In this document: positions 23,501 to 35,758 of the stretch, piece after piece | How positions within the stretch are numbered: the first letter of the stretch is position 1 | Layout of the letters: the number at the start of each line of letters is the position of its first letter | Translations under genes and position numbers: made by a program | Notes under the pieces: model-generated | Database searches by the model: none | Told to the model about the DNA's origin: nothing | Seen by the model: only the letters and a program-made list of their open reading frames with translations | Source: Phoronis australis | Taxonomy: Eukaryota; Animalia; Phoronida | Assembly: GCA_002633005.1 (NCBI GenBank) | Contig: NMRA01000924.1 | Location: 1-64,000 of the forward strand | Reading direction: 5' to 3' | DNA: 64,000 bases

Positions 23501-26500
23501 AGCAGGGCATCGACGTCCTGGCCAACGTCACCTGTAACGTCACTTCCACAGGGTCAGAGTTCAGAAACATAAATACCAACACAACAGTGACTGGGTAAGT
23601 GAGCGCCACAAATCGTGCATCCTGAGTCTACAGAAAAAAACGCCTTTATATCTATTTTCGATAGCAAATGTGCAAACCTTTCAATTGGACATGCACTAAC
23701 GCTACTATCCCGCAGCAGCTGCTAACATACAAAGAAATTTACTTTTTAATCACTTGCCACTGAAAAGTGATGGCATTGGTTTCAATTGTGTTGTGATGGC
23801 ATCTTTCTCTTAGCCCACACTGTACCATAAGAGTACTATTGACTGCTGTTTGTGTAAGAATGAGCGAGTTGTCGGGAACATTTTGAGACCTTTGATATTT
23901 TCGCGTGAACCAGTTTCCAATAATCCACTGCACAGCAACGGCAATTTGGCGACAACTAGGTGGCTAAAAAATTATAAACGATTTCAAGTCGTGCACTCCG
24001 AGCACAGCTCTTCCCACCAACTGTGATAGAAATACAGCAACGCGCATCAAGTTGCCACCATTTGCTGGTGTAGCCTGCTCGTGGATCTTTGGTTTGGAAA
24101 GAGTTTGGCACTTCGTGAGTGCTTAAGACCATGAGATGAATTTCATAACTGATTGGCGTCACAATCTGTTTTTTCTTCGCAAGTAAGTTTTTATCGCTGA
24201 AGCCTGAATGACGTTGCCTGCCAATACGGCATGGCTGTCCAATCCTGTAACTTGGACTTGCACATAAAAATACTAGAGGTTGAACAGATGCACGAGACTG
24301 CAGTGCAGCACGCACTGTTATACGGTAAATTTATCTTGCTTATCACTGAATGTCTTCTATGCACAGCGACCTAGCGTCAGTTGGAGCGTTACCGCCTATT
24401 CTACCGGATGCAAGTCTCAAAGTTTACCAGAACAACCAAGAGAAGACCAGTGTTGTCCTAGGAGATGATATCGACCTGTGCACGGACGTTACATTCAAAC
24501 ACAACTCGCCTTATGTTGGTCTAGATGTAGGCGCGTGTAAGGTGATCGCAACGCCCGATTTTCAATTCATCAACGACGACGGGTACGACTATATTTTCCA
24601 GTTTCTTGGGATGACAATTATTTTACAGAATTACGCGTATTTAGACCCATACGCTTACATGAAAATATCAAAATAATGCGGCTCGCCAGAAAACTTGCAT
24701 GAAGGCCAGCACACACATGCGCCAAAGCTTCACCTAAATCCCGCGTGCTTTGTTGACATGTTGAAGTCTTTAACCCTATGCTTTTGACTTGAAAGCTATG
24801 TATCAAAGTTCGCCTTCAGCAAAAGACTTGTCTCTCCTTGTTCCTTATTTAGATGAGTAGTAGTTTCTGGCCTAGAGTTACGTGCACGTTATTTCTGTGT
24901 ACCATTATGTCATGCATGACCCGCCGGGACAACATGAGATAATGAGGTTGGTTTAAAGCTTTAAGAAGCTGTTCATTCTTCCCAAAGCCAGGAATACATT
25001 CTAATCCAATAAGGTAGACTTCTGAGACAAGTTTTTTCGCAATACGTGTACATGTATGTTGTCGAAATTTGACGGAAGTTTAAATGAAGAGCAGAGTGTG
25101 CCAGTACTACCACCAAGTGCGCATTTAGTCAAATATAAAGAATTCAACTTACTAAAAGAATGCCCATATCTTTTCTGAAAACGAAAGGCTTATTAAACGT
25201 TCATAGCAAAACTTATCAATAACACGGCGAATTTTTGCGATTTCAAAGTTCAGGATTAGTATCGTTTAGATTCTGTTCCGATTTTTTTCTTAAAACTTTT
25301 CATTTTTTGTTATGATAGTCCCTGAAGGAAAATGGAACATTTTCTTACAATTTCTAATGGTGATCACGAGACAAGTGCATAAATACACCACACGCTCTTT
25401 CTAAATCCCGGCCGTCGGTCTTTTTTGACATGTTAAATGTACCATGTTCGTTAGTTTCTCTTGAATTATACATAACCTTAAATTTAAACACGTGTAACGT
25501 CTAATCACTTTATTTAAAACGAGCGTTCCGAATGCTGGATTCTGAGGTTTAGGAAATGATCACGTGGTTCAAATTTCACTACAGGTGCGTTATAAGCGAT
25601 GCCATTCACGAGGTAGTCAGCGGTGGTTTCACCTACACGTCGCTTGGAGGACTTGACGGCCGAAGCTGCGTCGGAATCAAAGCGTTCCGTATCTACCAGA
25701 GCGGCGAAGCAATAACCATTAGGTGCTCAGTCGAGTTCCTGTTGGCGCCTAGCACACAGGTTAGTGAAGCTCATCCGCTACTGTATGCTCGTCCAGGCGG
25801 CATCAAAATGAGAAACAATCGCTTTTCTGGCGACAGATGCACAATTATTCATTGATAAAGTTCATTCGAATGGTTTAGATGTGAGATTAAGTATTTCAGG
25901 CGCGGACAGCCATGAAGTGTTGAATGGAAATCGTGTCTTTAAAGTCGAAACATGAACTGCGTGCCTTCAAAGAAGCAGTCTCACTCGAGTGTTACACGCA
26001 TAAGTGTCTGCACTGATTTGGTGCAGATGTTTACTAGTGCTTTGCACAGCGCCCCATTCAAGACTTTGCCGCACTAACTGAACGGCATTCGAGTGTTTGC
26101 AGAACTAACTTATGTTGGCCTCTCCTTTACTTTCTAGAATGGTGCAACTGACTGCCCCGCTGCCAAACGAAGGAGAAGGTCTGCAGTCAGAGATCACGTC
26201 AGACGCGACGTTACATACGTCCTTAACGTCGACAGCCTCGAAACAGAAGGTGAGTCTAGCCCACTTTTCCCCACTACGCACCCACAGTCTTCCACGCAAT
26301 GTTCTACAAGCAATTAAAATCAGAACACTTACAAACCACGAGTTTATGCTCCCAAACTATGCCTTTGTTACTTCTGCCACGGCTTCCCGGTCACTCGAAT
26401 GCTTGAGCTATTTCAACTGCTGCTGTAATGTGATGTTAAAGGATCTGGACAACTGAGCCGATATCGGTTCACACACCTTTTTTGCTTTTATTCACAATGT

Positions 26501-27650
26501 CTTCGTATGGTAACAAGTTTTGTCCACTAGTACATGAAAACTGGCTTATCCACAAAATACTCCACCTACCCCGAACAATTAAAATATGTAAATAGCAGCG
26601 AAACCATCAGACTGTGTGCTGACAATTCTGCCAAGCGTTGGCGCTTGGAACTTGCTGGCCAATTCCTTATTTCTGCCTTGCCTGGTCAAATTAGTTACAA
26701 ACACATGTAGCGACGGTGTGAATATGAACTAGGTAGAAAATTGCCAAATGTTTTTAAGAGCTATAGATTTGTGGCGAAAGTAATCAACCGCAAATCACGG
26801 AATTGTGTCCAGTAAGCATCGTGACGCGGAGTTGGGCAATAAAGCTGCAGCACTCTGTCACAGTGCTAAACGAAAGTTAGGTGGCGCTGTGTCAGTGGGT
26901 ATAAGTAAAGCTGGTTGATGCAGGTTATGTGAGCCCGCGAGGTACGCCATTGGTGCAAAAGTCGCATACAATCATGATTTGCAGCAGAATTCCTTTTAGT
27001 GTTTTCACATTTACAAGTTGTCAATGAATACAACTGCACTTCGTTTACAATAGCATAGAACCTTAGTTTCTGGTATACAGGACCATGCAAATAGCCGATT
27101 TTGGCCTGTTCAACGACATTGCCATTCAATTCTCTGAAACGAAATGAAGCTCTGTAACCCTCAACAATCCTCAAAAGTTTGGACTAAAGGAAATTTGAGA
27201 ACTCCTTGCAGTCTTTTAAACAGACAAGCGTGACCTACGCTCTTAGCGCAAATTACCCATAGAATCTGTGACAAACATGTTGGGAGTATTGACCTTCAGC
27301 CGATTCCTGCTTTTATCTTGAGATCGACGCCAATGATGCGTTATCTGGTCATGAAAAAGGATTGACATAATCACAAACAGTATTCTTTTAATCTTCTGAT
27401 CATAACACGGGTATGCTATAGTTGACTGCGAACTCATCATTTTATTTCAGACTACTCTACCGACAATACGGCATCACAAACAACGAAGATCACGATGACC
27501 GTTCTCAGTGAATTCGTGCCAAGCGGCCTCTTCTTCGTGTCCGTCGCAGCCCTGTCGTTAATTTTAATTGTGGCCATAGGCGTCTCTGCTTGTTTCATTT
27601 ATAGATGGCGCACTCAAGCCAGCCAGTCACAAAAGCAAGTCCTAGCTTGA
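20558..27650 (+). CDS. Zona pellucida (ZP) domain single-pass membrane protein, 369 aa; exons 20558-20630, 22603-22790, 23449-23594, 24367-24582, 25585-25759, 26138-26249, 27451-27650
   Basis: All six introns are GT-AG with matching phases (1,0,2,2,0,1); total 1110 nt. The product has signal peptide MNVLVHVISLLALTDAILA, four ZP-N-type Cys (EYAC, PGC, TTC, VTC) and ZP-C hallmarks (VVLGDDI, FINDDGC, KAFRIY, ITIRCSV). It continues with furin site KRRRRS, TM helix GLFFVSVAALSLILIVAIGVSACFIY and a short tail. Many N-x-S/T sequons. AATAAA at 27692 and 27723. Confidence 0.85.
21040..22582 (+). mobile_element. Helentron-associated non-autonomous element (HINE/DINE-1-like) with internal degenerate tandem array
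   Basis: 5' subterminal repeat atgcgcccac (21042-21051) with a nearby inverted copy (21060-21071) and a gtct/gtcc-like tract. Internal repeats follow (ttcataaaatttggcagtt, atctcctaaa, gatgattttccga). The 3' inverted copy gtgggcgcat (22549-22558) precedes hairpin caatgc-tct-gcgttg and ctcttgt. Flanks are T-rich. Confidence 0.7.
27095..27300 (+). mobile_element. Kolobok-like family fragment
   Basis: Shares ttctctgaaac..tgtaacc..caac..aagtttgga..caagcgtgaccta with 3615-3973. Confidence 0.55.
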
Positions 27651-27691
27651 GAGCATGTCTTAAAACCATGTAGCTTCTAGAAGACAATTGA

Positions 27692-27697
27692 AATAAA
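27692..27697 (+). terminator. Polyadenylation signal of ZP-domain gene
   Basis: AATAAA 42 nt after the stop; a second AATAAA at 27723-27728. Confidence 0.55.
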
Positions 27698-28304
27698 AGT
27701 GTACTTTTACAATACAGTTGAGAATAAAATTGAATATTTGAACTTCTGTTTTTTTTGTTACTGTACTTGTCAAATTTGGGTTCGTGCGGGACCACAAGCT
27801 GCCTTCTCTGGTACGTGTCTGTGACTCGCTAGATGGTGCAATACCGAATTCAAGACTATTTGTTAATGAAATGGGCCATTCCATCCAGAAATTCTTTACG
27901 GAGATAACCTGCAGTCGTCTAATCCAAAACGTAGCTATGGCAACATGACCAAGGTCAAATAGGTTTAGAGGAATGCGTGTAGATCCCTAACATTTTCCAG
28001 GACTCAGCTATCGGTGTATTCACTCGGGCAGTTGAATTTCCGACAAAAATGGCCTCTGGCTAAATAAATTCAATCGAAGACCAGAGCACAGTACTTTTGG
28101 TAGTGTCTCTGTCCAAATGTCTTAAGCGATTGGCACCTGAAAGCATACTTCAAACAAGAGTTCCATTTGTTAGCACAATGCTCATTTTCAACCCGTGCAT
28201 TCTGAAAAATTTCACTGAATTACAAAATCGTAAATTAACTGCATTTAGGACTCTAGGGACAACAAATTAACTGCTATTGAAGTATTTGACATTTTGTAAC
28301 TTAA

Positions 28305-28490
28305 AAGGATACTAAGCCTTTTGACGATTTCTACCATTACGCTAATGCTAAAGGTGGCATTCTTGATAGATCGTTTAGCAAACTTTCCAGCTTTGTCTAG
28401 GGTTACGGAGCATTACTTGTTTCAGAGAATTAGCTGGGAAAGTTGATTTTAATACTTGTTGAAAGGCCAAAACCGGGTTTGTTATCTTCT
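28305..28490 (-). mobile_element. Kolobok-like family, internally deleted copy
   Basis: Starts ttaa|aaggatactaagcc; remainder is the reverse complement of parts of 3615-3973 and 43820-44172. Confidence 0.55.
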
Positions 28491-28672
28491 CATAAGGTAA
28501 CCATTACAGTCGGGGGATTTTTATCCAAGTAAAATGCGTCCTTCCACATTTGATTTTTAAACCAGCTAAATGGGGCGAAGTGCCGCCCCAGTCGAGATCA
28601 CTGTTGTTAGACCTCAGAACTACACGAAAACTGATAATCGTGTGGTATTTCATGAGATATTGCTATACACTA

Positions 28673-28908
28673 CAGAGGCGGATCTACAGGGGGGGTTCAG
28701 GGGGTTTAAACCCCCCCTCGGGCCAGGATCAAAAGTAAAAACTGGAAAAAAAATCGCCAGAAAAACGAAATTAGCTACTAAAAATCCCAAAAAATCTTAC
28801 ACGGGAGGAGGGAAATCCTCTCGCGACCTTCCTTCTCCTCGGCGCTACGCGCCTCGGATTCTTTCGAATCCTAAACCTCCCCTTACTGAAATCGTAGATC
28901 TGCCACTG
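28673..28908. mobile_element. MITE with CAG..CTG TIR and 5-bp TSD
   Basis: TIR cagaggcggatctac / gtagatctgccactg; TSD cacta at 28668-28672 / 28909-28913. Confidence 0.75.
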
Positions 28909-29287
28909 CACTACATGGGAGGTTATAGAAGTATTTTCAGCTTTCAGACTTCTTGATCTTTGGTCTTTAAATTCACATGCAGCACTACCTTTAAGGAACC
29001 ATTTTACAGGTCTTTATGTCACTATAATAAATAAATATAATAATAATAATACTAGTGACCACTTCGGATGGCTTTAGAAAATGTATTTCCCTTAAATTAT
29101 TTCACAGATGGTTTGTAGAGATCAGTACAACCTCAGCTTCCTCGCCACATGTAGCGTCAAAAAGGTCAAACAGATTTCACCTCTGCCTGACCTTGTATTC
29201 ATACACTTGGATGACCTTATCACAAGGCTTTATTTCAAAGTGATATTTTCCCCAGTTACAATGAAGCACGTTTTGTCCAAGCATTGA

Positions 29288-29293
29288 TTTATT
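29288..29293 (-). terminator. Probable polyadenylation signal of INTS5
   Basis: tttatt (AATAAA on the - strand) about 140 nt downstream of the stop. Confidence 0.5.
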
Positions 29294-29433
29294 CACAAAA
29301 TACGAAAAAAACAACTTCTTGTCAAAGCCAAATGCTCACTCACTAACAGACAATAAAGAGAGGCACAAGGCAGTGGTTTACAGACTGAGTTGTTGCGACG
29401 TTCCCAGATGTCCTGGCGCCCCCTGGAGCATGG

Positions 29434-32400
29434 CTAGACCATAGCAAACCTTGGATATAGGTCACCCAGTTTATCAATATTGTTATGTATAATGGCCTTT
29501 ATTGACTCCAGATAGACCAGCTCCAGTCCTGCAACAGACAATGACGTTGAGGTCAAAACAGAATTTCAAGGGAACATCCAGCAACAATCCATAATCAAAA
29601 CAATTTCTAAGTTTAGCTTAACCAGGACAATGTCATGGAGTCATGTCTCAAATCACCTATACCTCTTAATGCGTGCACACCTATTTACAACATTTGCAGT
29701 CTGGCAACCACGACTACTGTCCACAAGCACAGAAAATAACAATGCAAACTCCGGTTTTCAGTGGAGTTGTCCCCAGATTGTCACCACTATAATGCTCCCA
29801 GTTGTTCGTTTAGTCCCATTAACATTCCGCCCCTTTGTTGAGGTGTCACCCAAGACAGTACATTGTCCCCATCCCCATTACAAGACGTTCGTTCTAGTTT
29901 GGCAGTAAGCACATAACAGACTAGTCTGCTGTCAGATACTCACCAAGGGGTACAGTGAGCCGAACGGAGGTGTAATCCAGCTGTGAGGGGTGATCCTGCA
30001 GGTAACTCCAGGCGGTGGAGAGAAGGATGTAGACCTCATGGGGAGCGAGGACAGAGAACAATTCACCGATGAATGAGAGGGGCCGTGGCAGGATCTGGCT
30101 CTGGGGAAAGAAGGATAACATAAAGGTGTTATGATAGGTGACCCACATTCAAGATTAAAATTGGTACAGTGCATATATTAGTTTCCTCGGTGCAACACCA
30201 GAGGGCATTGAGTTTACTTCACAGTCATGCTTAAGCATTTGAAAGCAAAATCAGGTATTTTCTGTTTATGTATTTGGGGAATCTGAATTAGCAGTGACTA
30301 CAAAAAGCACTCACTTATGCTCTTTGATTTTTTAAAAACTGATGCAATAATTTTCTTTAGATGTCTGCTTTTCCAAACAACTCTGCCCGAGACGTCCACA
30401 AATGAAATGTATAAAGGTATTTTTTCCTCAAATCAAACCAGTTTCAGATTGTACAGTGACAATTGTGTAGTGCATCGTGTAACTATGCCTCACTGAACTG
30501 TGATGTACTGCATTTGTGTGACATTGGAAACATCCCTTGACCAAAAGTTAAGTAGGCGGACACTTTTCCTTTGAGTAGTGAGCGTAGATTTAAGAAAGAG
30601 TAAGAGTGGACACAAGAACCAACTATTTTTAGCCTTGGTATGGAGTGGAGATTATCAAAAATTAAGGTGGTTGCTCTTTACATAACATGTCTTTCACCTT
30701 TCTCAAGCAATCTATCAGCCGACACGACATCTCCAGCTGCAAAGGAGCATTGAGAGCCACCTTCTGGCGACAACCATCCCAGAACAGTAGCAGGGTTGCC
30801 ATGACGCTCCGCAGGAGGCAAGCACATCTCAGCATGCAACCCTTGTCTGCAAACACAAACATCTGGAATTGAAAAGAACTAAAACACAAAAAACAAACTT
30901 CTTACTAGTCCACGTATTTACTAGCTCCTTATTACATGGTCACAGGCTTCTCACTCGTTCACATGGTCACTGAAGTAGATTGAGGCTAGGTAATCCGCTG
31001 CCTAATAGGCCAAGGGCAAAATATCAGGTGAGATCCAAAATAGCTCTGTCAATGAATAAATCAAATTTTTTTGCTCAATTCCTGCATTTTAAAGGTGCAA
31101 TATCCTCAGTAAGAATTTGAACTTTTAAAACTCCTGATGTTGACCAAATTCAAACTTATGTAACAAAATACATCAGTTGTTAGCACTTCCATCCAGTAGT
31201 TTAAACAAATACTATCATGCCAAGAATTGTTCGATGACATGTGGCTAACCTCAAAATCCAACTGCCGCCTGGTGGTTTGGTAATTGGCCCAATAGGGATG
31301 CAAAGTCACTCAGAATCAATCAGCAGCATAATAAGTTTTACAAATGTAGTTTATAAAAGTCTAATTTCTATTTCGATTTTCAAAATTTGAAAATGTTACG
31401 AGTTATTAAAAACATCCTATTTAAAAACTTTCAAAACAAAAAATTAAAGGTACTGTTGCTCCCCGAGTGTTTATGGCAGGTCTGATTATCTAGGGAATGA
31501 AAACATCAGCAACTGAGGTGATGCAGTTGTCTGCAACAACATGATGTCTGTGATCAATGTCAGCAAATTTCTAGGAACGCAAACCAGTTGAGTTGCAGAA
31601 TCTCAACTGGTAAGGGTGTCAATGCAGGATTCTTTTTGTGCTGTGTGCTCCATTCTCATGTCTGTGTAGCAGTGAGTACTCACCACTGGCGACTAAAGAC
31701 AGCAAGTCCCACAGTATTGGACTCTCCTCAAATCTCCTCTTGACCTGTAAGTCCCTGTGTAAACAAACCAAACAATCAAATCACGTAGAAATAACACAGA
31801 CACCCAATCAAATCATATAGAAATAACACAGTGTATCAATGTAATCATGTGAACTTTTATTCAACTAAGGACTGCTTGCGAAAAGGTGAACAGGTTTAAC
31901 AAGTTGTCTAAGTCATACCAAATACCTATAGTGACCATTACCTTATATTCATAGTAAACAATATCCTATACCTTTTGTAACCAGTACCCTATATCTATAG
32001 TAAACAATATCCTATACTTTCTATTAACAACAGGTCCAAGTTTACCTTTCATAAAGTTGATAAAACAGTTAAATCCTGTGAGATTTCAAACTCAGTGATG
32101 ACTCACAGTAATCACAGAACCTACGGAGAATTACCTTTCTATTGTTACATAGACAGTTGACTCCTCAGGCCAATAGGGGGTGTTGTAGAGCACGTCAGGT
32201 GACACCAGTTCCACCAAGAGCTCAGACAAAGAATGAAGGGTTGAGGCAGGAGCACTTCCTGGAACCACAGTAGTTCCAGCCTCTGCCACTGGATGGCACT
32301 GGTCATTGTTGCCATGACAACATATCCAGACAAGGTCAAGCATAACCTGTCTATTATACAACTTTTGTTGCTGAAAAATCATAAATCTGATGGTGTCTCG

Positions 32401-35400
32401 CAATAATCACTTTGAAATTACCAGTCACAACTGAATGAATGTGCCTTTTTATAGTCAATTTTAGAGCCAAATGCAACACGGTTGTCACTTCAGTAAGAGT
32501 GGATTCATAATCAAACACTAGATGGAGCTAATCCTTTAAGAATTTAAAACTCGCAGGTAAAAATCTATGTTGCTCAACCATTTCAATTCAAAATTGTCTA
32601 AATGACCAAGACAAGGTTGACTACGATATTAGGACCACAACACTAAAACAAGCTGCTTGTCCACAGACCAGTAAAGGCTCCTCATCACAGGTGAAGCCTC
32701 ATGGACGTACAGACACAGACTCACCGTGGTGCAGGTGACCTTTGACCTCCTACTACCGGTAATCGTTCCATTGCCCACAACTCCACCGTGAAATATGGAT
32801 GCTTGCGACACCATCGACGGCGCAGACGGACGGGAATTATGGGAGTGAAGCGTTGGTGTGGCTCTGTCAATAGAGGTCACACTCGTGTTGACAGTTGCCG
32901 TAGACTGGCCAAACAGGGGGCGGTTTTCCTGTGGTAAAACAGTCAAAGAAACTCTGGTGACAATTTCAAACCTCTTAGGTTTCATGGTTCAGGCTACAGA
33001 AAAAGCCATTTGTCACAAAAATTACATTCTTAACATATCGATTCCCTTGAACTAACAATAAAAACTCCAAAATGTGCAATGATGATGATTTTTAAAATCA
33101 AACAGAAATACAGAAATGACATTTCTACTTAGTTTTTACAAGTGGGATCACACTAAATTGCTAAATAAGGAAACTAATCTACAAAAATATTTGTCTTCAT
33201 TACTAGCCTAAATGACCAACAACCAACTAACTGTTACATGCAACATACCTGAGACAAAGTGGAAGTGACAATCCTCCGCAGCAGAACATTTCGAGCAATT
33301 TCATTGGTTCTCAGTTGCTGCAGGAAAGTCTTCACGGCAGTGACACCTTTTGACAGAAACTGATCATCTGAAACAGCACCACACAACAGTAGGGGCAACT
33401 GAATTAAAAAAAAAATTGCCGGCGGTCTGGTACACGCTGTACCAGACGTGCACAGGCCACTCATGTGGTCCTATTCCAGTGACCAGCTGAAACCCTTTTA
33501 TGCTTTATTAATAGATAAAACCTAGTTGAAGAGCTAAACACCTGACTCAATGACAGTGGCATTCAAACTCGCGACCGCGCATAAAGGAAGCGGAACCTAC
33601 ATCCACTGAGCCACACGTCTCCTCTGCAACTGAACTACCTTCACTGTCTTGCAAAATTTTATTTGCAACACAGATGGGCATATTTTAAAAAAATAATGCA
33701 GACGAAGTAGTGACCATCCCACGAAATGGTGTATTTATTGCCTGTGACTAATTCCCTTCCACCTCATCGTCACAATGTTAACCTTAGTATCTATAACCCA
33801 ACACGGGTGGTTCGGTAAAGAACAATTATAATTAATATTGTAAATTTTATTTATTATAAGTGAGATTGCATGACTGTGCACACCAAGGGATTACAACAAA
33901 GACGACTATTGTGTTGGGACACATCTTTACCAGAACAAAATGTGACAACTATAACTGGGACGACAATTAATATAATAGCACCGCATAACTTTTTAAAAGT
34001 ATGTACAATTGTTGATTTTGGAAAGTGATATCTCACAAATTGCTGATCGGATACATATCAAACTTTCAGGTACATGTACCATGATTTATGTGTTGTTCTT
34101 TGAAATGCTGCTGGATACATATCAAACTTTCAGGTACCATGCTTTATGTGTTGTTCTTTGAAATGCTGCTGGATAAATATCAAACTTTCAGGTACCATGC
34201 TTTATGTGTTGTTCTTTGAAATGCTGCTGGATAAATATCAAACTTTCAGGTACCATGCTTTATGTCTTAGTCTCTGAAATGCTGATGAACATTATTTTTA
34301 AAACGTTCCGCTTTTGTATGAGGGGCTGCCAAAAATAAAACTTTATGATTTGTGAAAAAATCAAAAGTTGCTTCAAAGATAACAAAGTGAAATTTTAAAA
34401 ACAAGCATGAATATTATATTTTATATGAAATGAAATTCATGTTCCAGATGCAGTTACTTTGCTATGAATGCATCTTTCTTTTATGCTAAATGTTCTTGAA
34501 AAGACATGATAACGTGACCCAATTAAAAACAGATTGATATAAAGTCAAACACCAAATTTTTCAGACTTTCTCCTTTTCTATTATGCTTCTACTGAATTCA
34601 AATTCTGTAGTTTGTAGATTTTGGCTAAATATACTGACTAGTTGATATGGTCTTACATTTTACTATGATTTCACTATGTCTGGAGTGGACTTAGATATTT
34701 AGATTTGCAAACTGTCTCTAACTTGATTTATGGCTTTGAAAGCAAGTGCAGTCCAACTTGGATGAAACACCATACCTTGTGAGGCAAGGAGCCGGATTAT
34801 GAATGCAACCGCAGCCTCTGACAATTTGATGGCTACTTCGGGACTCATGAGTGGACTCTGTCCAGTAAGGACCAGCAGCTGCAGAGTCTTGATGGAGACG
34901 TCAAAGCTATCACTGAAGAGGTGTGTGCTTAGAGCAACACTGTGGCCCCGAATGCACTTCATAAGCTTACATCTGATGTAAAATAGAATGAACAGAGTAC
35001 AAAATGTGAGGAAAACACACCAAATTGCTATGGAATTGAACACCCTGTTGAATGTGTTTGGAACTGCACTGATGGCCACAGGAGGCCAAGAATGGTTTTG
35101 CACACTTCTCAACTAACAACCTATGAGTCAACAGTTGTTAACAGCAACCAGTTAGTAGCTGAATACCCAGGATGAAACTAATCAAACACGTAGCCGAAAT
35201 ATATTTTTAGACGACGTGGAAATAACTGCTAAAATTCAAAATGCTTAAAAGCCGTAGAAGCACACAATCTTTTCTTTTGATTCCTGTTTATAGTAGAACC
35301 CTGCTTTAATAGCAGATTCTTGCACCCTGAGATTCCAGATCAAATTTTATAAGATATCCTATAACTGTGGAATAACTGGAGTTTGTGCATCGTTTGTATG

Positions 35401-35727
35401 ACATAGTCATCCCACACTTAGCATCATGGGATCAGCGCATTAAACACAACCCAACAATGCTGTACAATTATGTGGGTTTAACAAGATATGTACCTCGTAG
35501 ATGGTTTCGGCGACTTTTCGTTGTTCACCAATGTAATAAGGTTATAAATGCACTGATACGTCTGTCGTATTGAGAGCCGCTTGTCAGTCTGCAGTCTGTC
35601 CACACACTCACTGACAGAGGTCACCGTGAGGTCAGGCTGGCATGTCTCCACTTCCTGTTGGATGCTGACGAATGTGTCCAACTGAAATGAAACATGTCAT
35701 GTAGCAACACATGGGAAGAACAAAGAT

Positions 35728-35758
<31 letters not shown>

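Noticed and set aside
28570-28956. 128-aa Lys/Pro-rich ORF
   Set aside because: Spans the 28673-28908 MITE
34723-34775. Longer INTS5 exon 11 using donor caa|gttaga with an upstream exon 12 acceptor
   Set aside because: The aag|gtatgg donor at 34776 with the tttcag acceptor at 33368 fits phase with stronger sites; the alternative acceptor overlaps the SINE tail/TSD
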